Of a stretch of DNA of 64,000 nt, positions 35,504 to 48,000 are shown one piece after another. Location: assembly GCA_030704615.1 (NCBI GenBank), contig CM060734.1, forward strand, positions 52,700,001 to 52,764,000, written 5' to 3'. Under the pieces are notes generated by a model. It was not told the origin of the DNA, ran no database searches, and saw only the letters and a program-made list of their open reading frames with translations. The number at the start of each line of letters is the position of its first letter. Within the stretch, counting starts at the first letter, position 1. The translations under genes and the position numbers were made by a program. The stretch is from Takakia lepidozioides. Its lineage: Eukaryota > Plantae > Bryophyta.

Positions 35504-35899
35504 GCGGAAAGCAAACACTACAACACCCCATGGGGTTTCCAACCACCGAGGTTTCACCGTCAGTTTCACTATTGATACATTTCACTATCATTTTTACTAT
35601 ATAGTTAAGATTAATTGCTGACAAGACACCAAACTCACTATGTAATAGTTACATAGGGTTAATTCCCCCCCCCCTCCTCAAGGGCCTGAATTGTGGGCTG
35701 TCGCTCCCAAGTTTCCTTAAAAAAAAAAACAAAAAACGTTGGAAGTGATATTTATGATATTTCAATAGCTAATTGTAATGGCAAATGTTTCAAAGCAATG
35801 TGTACGACAATTCAAATGTATATGAACATTTGGATATTTTGAACTGAAGACCATCTATGGCTTAAATCATACTTGAGCAGTTCACACATTCAAAGTGAC

Positions 35900-36380
35900 T
35901 TGATTTATAACATTAAGATCGTCTTGGGTTTGAGTTGCTGTTCGCAGTTTGTTCAGTATATCAATGAATTGGTGGTTTGATTGTCGCATTGCTTGATGCA
36001 ATTCATAGCATTTTATGCAGTCATGCCAAAAATCAGGCCCTAGAGCATTTGGACCAATATATATATTTTTGAAAACCCATGTCTCAGCGGTGCTTGATAG
36101 AAATCACCACAAATAATGATGTCCAAATTACCAAAAAATACGATTATGAATTCGTTTTGCTGATTTCAGCTGTTGATATGCAAAAGCAAGCATTCTACTT
36201 CCAACAAGAGATATTTCATCTAGCACCATAAAATGAACTTGATCAAAACTAGTTGGTGGTTGAGAGGTAAAGTTTTCATTAACATCTACATTAATAAATT
36301 TTTTGTCAATCCAAATTTCAGTATTACTATGTTGAGCCAATTCATGTGCTGTTTGATTCTATATCAAACCAATTAGAGTT
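35900..36380 (-). mobile_element. Degenerate PIF1-type helicase fragment (Helitron-like)
   Basis: LDEISLVGSRMLAF..QLK..NRIF followed by a frameshifted GNLDIIICGDF helicase motif II/III region. Confidence 0.65.
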
Positions 36381-36699
36381 CTTGGTTGTGCTGCGCTTGG
36401 AGGCTCGGGGAGTCTTCCCTGTTTGAGGAGGATGACGAGGAGTGTGTTGATGGTTTGTGAATCTATCTCTCTTCTGTTCAGTTGTGACAGAATTCAGACG
36501 TGCTTTTGCTTGAGTCACTATTCAGAAGAATTTCCAGGAGTTCCAAAATCTTTGGTCAGTACAAGCAAGGGCCCACGGCCTGAATCTTGTCAACAAAGAA
36601 ACCCAACTCAGAATTCTATCACCTGCAAGCTATCTACAAAAGCACGGTACTGGGCTGATCTCCCGGTCCACCCAACCGCCGCCTGCTATCTGTGTATAT

Positions 36700-38300
36700 C
36701 ATCAGGTTAATTCAAATCTGCCCAAGCCTGTCATGCCATCACCTCAACGCCAGCCATCATCTTCGTGAAATCCCTCTGTACTCTTGATATCTGAGAAATC
36801 CCTAGCCTTCGATCACCTTCATGCTCACGAGCTTACCTCAACCTGCTGCTGTCAGTTTCACGAAACTATAGCAGTCGCCGGTGATTCAGAACTGATTCCA
36901 GGTTCAACTTTCGTTCCTGTCACCTAACAGTTTGACTCCAGCAAGATAATCTCTTGTTCTTTGTAGCTCCATTCTATGGTTCTCTTCATCCACCTCCGCT
37001 TCGAGAATAGCCTTCACGATCTGGAAACCATTGATTAAGGTGTCTTGGTTCCTGATCTGGAGCTTGTGACCTCCATGCGATGTTTCAATGCTTTGTTCAT
37101 AAACCCAAAGTGCCCCCAGCGGTGGAAACAAGTGATAGATGTCCGCCTCTTCCATCAAAGCTGAACATGTGTAGATGGTTTGCAACTAAGCCCTGGGTGC
37201 TCTTCAAGGTATGCCCCCCAAGAGATTTGTGGTTTGTGCCAGCAGGTAGTGTCCCTGGATTTTGACTTTTAGCATGATATCAGGGTTGCTATTGGGTAGG
37301 CAAGTCCTCACAAAATGCCTTACATCCTCTGTAGTGATCCATAGAGACTCAACGGTCTCTAGTCATCCGAGGTAATGAACATAGATGGTGGTTTTCCCTT
37401 CATGTAAATGATTGGTGTGACGCATGTTGCTGTTGGTGCTTCCGTGCTTTCCAAAGCCGAGCATCCCTTTAGGTCAAGACCTGGAAAGGAAGTTTGTCTG
37501 AGTCAAATTCTTGCGAATGTCGGGTTGTTGGCGATGCCGGTAACAACCCTGGGAGAGTGAACCATAATAGAGGGCATAGCTTTTTTTGTGCTGATGGTGG
37601 TGATCTGTTCTGCACGTTAGCTTTGCTTTTGTCTTTCATCCCAAGTGGCTCCCCGTGGGAAACGGAGTCCGCTTCCAGGTACATAGGGTCAATGCTGTTT
37701 TTTTGAGCTCTAGAGTTTCCTCTATGGTCTGCGAATTGCAGATGATCACTGGGAGGAATGGAGGGGATCAAGAGCTCCGAGTGGTTCCTTGCATTCAATA
37801 GCTGCCTTGTTGCTGTGGCCAGAGGAAGAAGCATTGTTCTCCTATTGTTCTGCAACGTTATGAGGTGATTCATGATTCATGATTGGCTGGGTTGCTGGAG
37901 ATCGCTTCCTCTTGCCCATTGGGCAGTCAACCTTGATGTGCCCCATTTGGCCCAATTGAAGCATGTGGCTGATGATCAGTCCTCAATTAGGCGAATAGTG
38001 TAGTAGTTACCCTTGTCATCAATAGATACATACTACTTAGGCAGAATACTACATACTTACATACTCAGGCAGAATGTCTTCATTTGGCATGATAAGAACC
38101 ATTTTAGCAGACCTTGTTTCATGGAGTCTGGATGCTATGGTTACCCCTGTCGACGCTGAATCTTGCCTAAGGTTTCTTGTGTCCATCTGTGGATCAAATA
38201 CAGCTAAGCAGCCAAGGTAGAAGCCAAAGAGTTTGGCTATGCGTGGCAAGTTAACTAGATACTGATCCGGAATGAATGGTAATGAAACAAACCCCAAACC
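36700..38300 (-). mobile_element. Heavily degraded LTR-retrotransposon internal fragments
   Basis: Frameshifted zinc knuckle CFN..GHIKVDCP (~37920-37970) and integrase-like W.T..DVRHFVRTC (~37300-37345). Confidence 0.5.
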
Positions 38301-39878
38301 CCTTGATTGCCCGGCAGAGGCATGGCGCCTGGCGCAGGTCTGGGCCCTAGCCTGAATCCACGGCGATGGCAGCTTCGGCTAATGCCATGCAGGGGGGGCT
38401 GGAGGGAGTGCAGCCGCGATGGCGGCAGAGCTCGGGGCTCGAGAAAAACGCCATGAGGAGTGGGCCAAACCTAGGGCATGGGTTTGAGAGGGTTGAGGGT
38501 GGAGTGGGCCCCCCATGAAAGCAGGGCCGGGTAGTCAGAGGAGCTCCCAAACCCCGCGCCCTTCTGGGCTACGGCTCCAAATATCCTAGGCCTGCAGGCT
38601 ATACCAAAGGTGTGCCATTTGAAGTCTTGGGCAGGGAACCTAAGGATGCGGTGCATTCACTGATTGGTTTCGGGGACTTCATATGGAAACCCATGACATT
38701 TCAACCGGAGGGATTAGGGATTGACCGGCTGAATTTTTTTGTATAATTTTAGGAAGAGAGATTTTGGCCTGCCCAAAGAAAATGACATATTTTGACCCCC
38801 CAATTAGTCACTACAAAGGAGCCCACTTGAGAACATTTCAGAAAAAACTGAAATTTTATGAGAATGTGTGTTATCAGGTATGGAACAACATTCTTGAGAC
38901 TCTCAAAAAGAAAAAAGAAAAAGTGCCCAAATACGAGCAAAAAACTGCTTTTTTTGGCACCTATTTCTTAGTGGAGATTTGTTTTTGTCCCCACTCTACA
39001 CTTCATAATCTTCAGATCTGGCAGTTGGATTTTGGTGAAACTTTTTGTGGTAGGAGGCGGGGTAGGTGGGAAGTAATTCCAACGGTCAGTTTTACAGGGA
39101 CACACACATTCTATAGATATATATTTTTTTTGTGGGGGTCATGTTTTTCCACGAGAGGGTGAAAATGAGTTTTGACACTTAAGGGTTAAAAAAATACCCT
39201 TGGAATTCTTTGAAAGAGATCCTAAAGTCCACATTCACATAATTTGGTGGACAGGTTCTGTTTCTGTGTTGAGCAAAACCGAACTGAGTTATTGGCGAGA
39301 TGAGCAGTGAAGCAGCTCGGCAGCCCATTTTCTTGGGCCCACTTTGGAACCTGCTCAGTTTTTCCGTCCCGGAAGTTCTGATCGGAATGCGATGGGATTG
39401 CATGGGTGATCACAACGAAGAGACGTTTCAGATGTTTTCATGAATTTTCTAATTCACTGTCGCTTGTGAAAGGGCCCGCTAAGTTCCCCTCACAACATAT
39501 TTATGTTGTTACATAATATACTCATGAGCTCTACCCAATAGTGGGGCCAGTTAAGTTTCTTGTAGACTGAACGAGTAAATTCATAATTTGCTTACAATAT
39601 TTTTCACATCAGAGTGCAACCCAACTTCCATCTCTGGAAGAAACTTGAATTATGAGGAAGATTCCCACCGAACAATGTCAGGGAGGGAGCTGGGGTAGGG
39701 AATCCATTATATAGAGGCTACAGTTAGGAATTGCCTCCGAAGCAGGCATAAGTTACAAAGCCATTGGAGGTGAAGATCGAGGAGAGGTCATCGTAAAAGT
39801 GAGTGCGTTAGAAGTGAATTGAAAGTGATTGAAAGATAGATTCATTTGAGAGTTCCGCTGTATGTAAACATGCTAAAA

Positions 39879-40406
39879 CTAGGCAACTGATCTTTCAAAT
39901 GAATCCGAAGCTACTGATCTACTTGTGGCTGCCCAGTTTTGGATGTTGTGGGTATTTGTCACCGTTTCCGCGCTACGTGAGAGCCGTTGCAACGTGCGGT
40001 GGATGCTGCGGCCTGTCACGGTCCATAGTGACGGCCTGCGGGAGTGATCGGGCTGCAGTAACCATTCTGTGCCCATGTCGCATCTTTCCCTCTCATAGAA
40101 AAGGAGCTCGCATCTCTCCTGCTCAAGCTTCCTCTCAAGCTTCCTCAGGTGCTTGGTCAGGTCGAGCCGAAACTGCTCGCGTCTTGCCGATGCCCTCTCA
40201 AGCTTCTCCACTGCTGGCTCAAACTCGCATCTCTCCTTGTCAACCTTCTGCGGGTAGATCACCCGGTCAATCGCCCTTGATTCACAAAGCACCACATCAA
40301 AAGCAATCTCGTGTCTCACCTTCTTACACCGCTCCAGCCGGGGCAACCGCTGCAGCACTCCTTCATCGCATATGCTCGACGATGTTATCTGTTTCTGGCC
40401 CGCCAT
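39879..40406 (-). CDS. Hypothetical single-exon protein (175 aa) with a central charged/coiled-coil segment
   Basis: ATG at 40406, open to 39879; TATATAAAG ~120 bp upstream (40522-40530); no recognised family. Confidence 0.4.
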   Translation of the reverse strand: MAGQKQITSSSICDEGVLQRLPRLERCKKVRHEIAFDVVLCESRAIDRVIYPQKVDKERCEFEPAVEKLERASARREQFRLDLTKHLRKLERKLEQERCELLFYERERCDMGTEWLLQPDHSRRPSLWTVTGRSIHRTLQRLSRSAETVTNTHNIQNWAATSRSVASDSFERSVA

Positions 40407-42069
40407 TAATTCAAGGACTTGAAAACCGGTCTGCGAACTTACTTGTATTTGCAATCTACAGTAGCACGCAACACGCAGATCACAAATACAGAACACCCCA
40501 CTGTGCGATTGCAAGCACATCCTTTATATACTCGTGGGACCACAGCTAAATTTTTACATTCCACCTTACTTTATTTACTCTACTTTTTCTAATTTGAGAT
40601 CTGAGTCGAGATTTTCCGCCTCAGCTTTTCCTTTTCCATTTAACTCTTCGGTGTTAAGCAAGAAATAGACTTGTAGGCGATTTGACCTTGAGCATTGACA
40701 TTAGGAACCTTCAAACGCTGAACGTCAGAACGTCAGAACGTCAGAACGTCTGCTTACCCTCTTCAAAAGATCACCAACTCGCGGTCGCGGTGCCTGAAGG
40801 GGAGACATGAATTCCGTGTAAGGTCCACTAGAGAGGGTAGTAAACTTCGGAAAGACTCACATGCAATGGTTACTGACTGAGATATTGAGAACATATCACT
40901 GTTCCTGTGAGTGTTTTCATTTGAGAATGGGATGTACACTAACTAAATCTAAGAGATGTGTTGAATATCCGGCTTGTAATTAGATCAGGCGAGCATCACC
41001 ACGGTTGTAGGTACAGCCATCAGAAGTTGGTGACAGCCCAGACAGCTGAGGGTGCATGCTCCGTGAGATTGTTGGGTGATTCCAAGTTACAACTCTGCTA
41101 AAACCGTAATCTCATAAAAGACCATGTGAAGATGTATACGATAGTCTGTTTCCCAAGTTGAAGTAAATCTGGAGTTTTCCTTTTGCAACTGAAGGAATAG
41201 AAGCCAAAAGCAGCAACAAAACATTTAGTCAATTTCATGTCACTAGCATGGTTGGTAAGATTTGGTGATGGTATACAGTACATGCATCAATCAGCATCCC
41301 AACCCCTGTGAGAGATTCCATTACCCATGTTTGCTATCTGAAAATGTGGGGTTTCTTCAGGCTTGCTTATGTCAAATCTCACATTTATGGAGATCATGCA
41401 AAGCCTGTGCAAAGTCTGTGACTGCGCTGCTCAAGTTACACATTTGAGTACAACGCAAATGTTTGTTCCTTCTTCCACCTTGTGGAGGAAGACAGAAGTT
41501 GGTTCCAACATAACACAGGTATAAGTAAAAGAGGGTGTTTCTTGGTGACTTTAGTCAGAAAGTATTACCTACAAAAAGAAACATGAAGCTGTGGGACACA
41601 GTATACTCTCATGCCCAGGATCCACACCAAACTCCAATAGATCAAGAAAATTCAGCCATAACATGAGAACCTCCAGTGAGACCAACCTGACTGAAAGTTC
41701 GACAAGTAATAATCTTTAATGACAGAGATGGGGCTTTTGTTACATGGGACAATGCGCGGTGAGCTTCTTCAAACTCAAATAAAAAGTACATGGCGGCCTG
41801 TGGAGGGAAGACAGTGCATGTCGAAGAATGTACACATCGGCCCTTGTTGAGCCAGCTAATAGTGATGTCCAGACTCAAACCATGTAGGAGAACAACACAG
41901 CCAAGACCCCTACCGAATGGCTTTCTTCTTGAAGCCATTGGGTCCCGCCTTCTTTGGAGAAGGGTAAAAGGGCCATTGACTAACCCTACCAAATGCCAAG
42001 TATCTGTGTAGGCTTCAATTATGCTACACAGAACAGGGTAACCAGGTGGGAGTATGGCAGTGAAAGGTT

Positions 42070-45000
42070 TCATGCAGGGGAAGTTGGGGCAGCTACAGCT
42101 GGAGTGAGAGAGGTGGGGCCAGGCACATTTGATGTAGTAGAACTCATGGTTGACATACCAGTGGAGTTCGGACCAGTGGTTGCCGGGGTCACGGTCCGTT
42201 GGGGAACTGGTAGACAAGTCATTGATGCATGCCCGACATGTGGCTGGCGTGGCTGCAGAACAGACACAAATGGAGGTTCTTTCAGTCTGGTAGCAATATA
42301 ACAAATTCACAGATAAGCTAATACACATTCATTAACCACTCTGCAATCCTGTTTCCCCAAAATTATCGCACTTACAGATATTCTGAGAGGGTGAAAGAGC
42401 AGAAGTGTTGCCCTACTCATTTCCTAGCACAGATACCCCATTACTCAAAGTCTCTGCTAGTTGGCAGGGCATTGCAAAGTTTAAAGCCTGATACGACTTG
42501 AGGAGATGATGACAAACCCAAAACAGGGTTTCTTTCATGTGCAGGAGGAGGGGTATATGCTGTGCATTTCCGCTGAGAGACTTGTAGCAACAGACAGCTC
42601 TCTACATCCTTCATGTCTTTATGTCCTTGCTGTATAATACAAAAGAAGTCAACCACATTCCATACATACCTGCACACTGTACATGAGCATGGATCCCGAC
42701 ATGGGAGTCTGATGATTTTGACTTGGAGCTGAACCTCCTTGAAATTGCAAACTGGGAGAAGTAACAGACCCTGGGATCACCAACCCCATTGTCGATCCGG
42801 GTAACATCCCAGAAGAGGATGACGGCACCGGTGGCCGCATTGGGGAGCTGCCTATGTTGCTCATAGCTAGGGGCAGTGGTATAGAGCCAGGTTGTTGCTG
42901 CTGCAAGGGACGTTGCCCAGCAGGTCCCACTTGCTGTGATCCCACCATGCCCCTTCCATTTGGCCCTGGGCCCATCCCAAGCTTTTGATGAGGTGGTGGC
43001 ATCCCAGCCATGCCAACACCATGGATGGCTGCACTTGTGATTGATATGCCAGTGTTGCCATTGGATGACGGCATGTGCATCCCTGAGGAAGTTACCATTG
43101 GGGGCATCTGAGAGGGCCCTGGACTGCTGGTGCGTGTGAGATTATACATCCCACCAGACATTGGAGAGATATTCTGGTTGGACTTCCACTGTACTGAATG
43201 CGCTGCAACTGTGCTCACATTAAGGGGGGATGAGAGGGGCATGACGGGCGTGCTGGGGCTGCCCATGCTGATTGGAGTGCCCATGGCAGTGGCCCCTAGT
43301 TGAAATGGATTGTGGCTTGGTTGGGAAGCCATCGGGGAAGGGCCGCCCTGGCCCTGCTGTTGCATCCCTGCCTTGCTAAGCTGCCCTGGCATCGGCATTC
43401 CCATGGCAGTTCCCGCTTGCCGCTGTTGTAACCTGTGCATATACAGCAAGCTATTCAGTCTCAAAAGTGGACTTACTGAGGTGGAAATGGTCAGTGTACC
43501 ATAGTACTCACTAGACCTGCATGGGTGTGCTGTGCAGGAAATGCCAGATTGATCCACAACCTTCTAACAGCAGAAAACAGTAGACTGACACTGACCTCCT
43601 TTGAGGAGGAGCTTGTTGCTGCTGTTGGCCCTGGCGACGTTGCTGCTGCTGCTGTTGCTGTGCGGCAAGTGGTGCTGGCTGCTGATTTGGTGCAGGGGAG
43701 GATGGTTGAGGCGGAGGAGGTGACTGCTGGGGTGGTGGTAGCGCAAGCTGTGGCTGAGGGGGAAGTGCCTGCTGCTGCTGCTGTGGCTTGGGCACCACTC
43801 CCTGAGCCTGCTGCTGCTGCTGCAACCCCTTGTGTTGCGGTGCTACAGGGGTCAACCCTTGTGATAAAGGTGCTCCTGAGATTTGAGCACATTGAGACTG
43901 CAACTGTGGCGTCTGCCCAGGAAGGCCTTGCTGGGACACAGCTGGCTTCCCCAGTTGCATGGACCCCTGTGCTTGAAGAACCCTTGGGCCTTGTTGCATT
44001 TGGTGTGCCCCCGGCTGGCTTGGTGACTGACTAGGCATCTGGTTGTTACCAAGGTTGACATTTCCAGGAAACATGTTGGGTTGCCCCTGTGGAGGGAGGC
44101 CCTGCATCAGCATAGCCCCTCGTCCCATTCCTTTTTGTGCCCGGGGCGCCTGCTGCTGCTGTGGAAGGTGCTGGTGTTTATGGGATTGCTTTGCTTGCTG
44201 TGGCTTGGGTGGCCCAGGAAGCTGTGGCATCTGCCCGGATGGCTGGGCTTGCAGAGATGATGGCTGTGACTGCTGATTAGTAAGGGTGGGTGGGCCAGCT
44301 GGGGAAGCAGGTGCTGACTGTAACACCGACGGAGGAAGAGATGATTGTGGTGCCTGTGAGGGGCCCCCTGCCTGCTGCAGCTGTTTCTGAAGGGTGTGCG
44401 GTTGCTGTGGAATGATGTGCGACGACTGAGAGCCCATGTGTGCTGATTGCTGACCTAACACATGGGAGGAAAGCACATGTTGCTGTTGAGGATTGAGAGG
44501 GTGTAACTGCTGGGGTTGGTGCAGCTGCGGAGGGAGAGAGCCTTGTTGCTGCAGGAGCCTTTGTTTTTGCTGGTGTATTTGACGCTCTTTCATAGCACGA
44601 GTGGCTGCAAAGTAGGCCTGTTGTTGCTGCTGCTGCTGCTGTTGCTGTTGTTGCTACATAAACAGATCATACAGTTAGAACCTGCCACCTTACTGCAAAG
44701 TTGAACGTGCTAGATTACATATCCAATTATTGGTGTGGCATCAGGGCATTCAGGGTCATGCATTTACTCCACACACATGCATAGACTCACACGCTGTAGA
44801 ACATTTGTTTGGGTCAGGATGACTTTTTACTTATCAACACTATTTGTTGCAAATCACAACCTTTCAACTACTTCCAGCACAGCTTCAAATCGATAGCCCA
44901 AGGGGTAGGACACCAGCCAAATATAGGTGGGCTTTGGTTCAATGATTTACACTCTGCATTTTACATAGTTGTAGAGCATCGACCAGAATACAGTCATATA

Positions 45001-48000
45001 AACTGGGTACTGGATGGTATATAGCTTCCCAGGTTGGGCAGAAGCAACTGGGAATGAGGAACCCAGTGAAATGTGAAGACCTTGAAATGCCAACTACTTG
45101 CAATGCGCCCAACAAAGAAGAGGGTCCATAAGTATGGAGGAACTGGTCACTCCTGGCTTGAGCTTCAAATTTCAACATAACCTGTACCACCACAATGGAT
45201 CTCTGCTAGTGACTTTTACTTGTCGTTATAACCATTTGGCGTTCCCAACATGTGAGAACAATGAGACAGGTGTACTCTGCTGCCAGGGCATCCACAATCG
45301 GTATTGCTGCACACTCATCGAGCACAGCCACCTAGAGAGCTACAAATCTAGGCTTATATGGCATGTAACCGCAGAAAAGCTGTCAACATAACTTCATGGA
45401 GGAGACAAATCCACAGTGGATCCTCAAAAAACGTGTCGTGGTTGGAAAGTAAAATACTGTGGCTATCTACTCCTTCAGAGAGTTGATTTTCTATACCTGC
45501 TGGTTTCGTTGCTGCTGCTGTTGTTGCTGCTGCTGGGGCGAGAAGCTCTGGGGTGGGGAAGAGACCATTTGGACTGTCATGTCACTGCCAACATTACTCA
45601 GAGCAGCAGCAGCATATGTGTCACCTTGGGCTGCATAATGTTGAAGTTCTTGTATCAGTTGAATTCGCTGCTCCTCGGTGCATCGGCCCGACTGAAACAA
45701 CCAAGCCATACTGAGAATAAGAAAGGAAACACAAACCCTGACTACACAGCCATGATTGTGATCAAGTACGTATCTTAGAGAGTAATGAGCTGAAGCTTGT
45801 TCAGGGGCATGTTACAAACAACTGAAAGAGGTTACCTACCAACACGTCATTTCCAGTCAAAGTAGCACATTTACAGTGGTGGGGTTGGCATTATCAAGAC
45901 TCGGAAGCATTCCCTTCTCTGCTGCCCCTAGGGTAAAGAATCTGGACCCATTCGGATGACCACTTGGGACATCTGGAAAGCCAGATGCTTCCTGGCGCTG
46001 CAGAACCTATCATGTGCACCATTTGCTCAACTGATGGCTGCAAGGTGACTGTCAAGTATCTCGCAACAAGATTCCCTCACTGTAGGGTGCGACTGGGAAG
46101 TTTCTTTGCTGGCTATTGCTGCACTTCAAAGTTTCTAAACAGCAAACAGTTGTTTTCCTGGCTACTTTTAATCCGATGCCTTTACTCCTATTGATACAAT
46201 ATTGCTGGCTGCTCGTATAAGCTTTGTCTCACTTAACCTTTTGTCGCTTCTGCCTCTTGTCCCCTTTTCATCGGGGGTGACTTTTTATTCAAAATAGTTG
46301 GTCACCTGGTGTGTTCCTGCCAGGGTCAGCATTCCTATGTAGTGATCAAAGGTCTGGTTGATTTAGCCTGTCCTTGGACATAGGGCAGTCTTCTTTTTCC
46401 CAACAACAGAGAAAAAGAAATGCAGCGTACTAACGTCCCAGGGAGCACATAGTAAGAAACTTTAAGGCGGCAGACAGAATAGAACAACAAGGGAAGACGA
46501 AATCTTAGTACATCCACAGGAATCCTGAAGGGTCCAATGGACCAAAAGAAAGTTCCCAAATAGAAGGTTGCTCTCATTGCAGACCCTGTGAGTCGTTCGT
46601 GGCTTGCCAAGGTTGTGATAGGGTGCCTCCCTTTTCCCCAGAAGAGAGGGAAATGAGATGGTGCTTCATAACGTCCGCGGAAAGCTCATAGAGCCTTATG
46701 GGACAAAATGGAAGAAAACATGAGAGAGGAAACAAAACCAGAGCCAGAGATAAAAACTAGAAAGAAAAAAAAAAGAAATGAAATGAAATGAAATGGTGCT
46801 TTATAACGTCCGTGGAAAGCTCATAGAGCTTATGGGACAAAATGGAAGAAAACATGAGAGAGGAAACAAAACCAGAGCCAGAGATAAAAACTAGAAGAAA
46901 GAAAGAAAGAAACTTGATAATTATGAGATGCTCAAAGAGCTTATTGGACAAAGAAAAGAAAGAAAAAGAGAGAAAGATCTCTCACCCGGAGGATGTTCAC
47001 TGCGTCTCTGCTCCGCTTCCCTGCACTGACTTGTCCAGGAACAGAGCCCGAAGGAGCATTCACAGAACTTACCATATTGACACCTCCAGGGGGTAACATG
47101 CTACCTATACCAGCTGAAGGTATACCTGGAACTCCTGACGACCCCAAGCCGAGCAAGCCAGGCCTTGGTAATGAGAGGGTTCGATTCAGGCCTCCCATCA
47201 TTCCCCCACTATTGCCACCTGGCAGCATGGGAACTTGGCAGTCATTGGAATTGGGCAAGCCCATAACAGGCAAACCCGCTGTAACCGAAGCCCCCTGCTG
47301 TTGGCTCCCTCGTGAGTTGTAGACAGCCCGGTGGTACCGTAATCGATTCGCCTCCTCTGTTGAGAGCCGCATGGCAGCCATACGATGTGCATCTCTGCAC
47401 AACAGATGGATGACACATGTAAGTCAGGGGGCACCCAAGACAGATAGTGCAAGTATCAGCTAGGTGGCTGTTCCTCCATATAGACATGCCAGACAGTGAA
47501 CCTAATCCACTCACACATGATAGTACAGGTGATAGATGCAGCATTCTGTGCTTGTTTAACCCTTAATATCTTGCCTATAAATAGCAAACAGCTGCAGCAT
47601 CTACATCCAGTAATTAACAAGAAATGCTATAAAACGGAGAGGTTGAGCTGAGGAAACAAGTGAAAAGCTCAAGATAGCCTGCATACAAGTTGATGGTATC
47701 ATCATTGGGCGAAACTGAGAAGGGTGACATTACCTTGCAGCTGCAGCATTCATTGCAGCTGAAGAAGAAGCCACTGGTGGTTGTAGATGTAAACCATTTG
47801 TGCCTGGTGATACTGACAGCCCACCTGAAGCAGGCCGCATACCATTGCCCGCAGGTACACCCACATTTGGAAGGCCAATGGCATTCCCATGCAAAGCCTG
47901 CATTGGATATGAATGCCCAGCTACATCTCCGTTGGCTGAAACTCGGTCGCACAATTCCAAAGGGCTGCTCCACCAAAAGAAGTTAGTTAGACTGCCACAT

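Noticed and set aside
41642-42328. 228-aa ORF as a separate gene or EAF1 last exon
   Set aside because: A better acceptor (ttctgcag, exon start 42252) uses the other frame, which is S/T/P-rich and ends at 42070; the long frame has no recognisable features.
43491-44704. Ala-, Val- or Leu-rich ORFs overlapping the polyQ region
   Set aside because: Alternative-frame and antisense readings of EAF1 CAG repeats.
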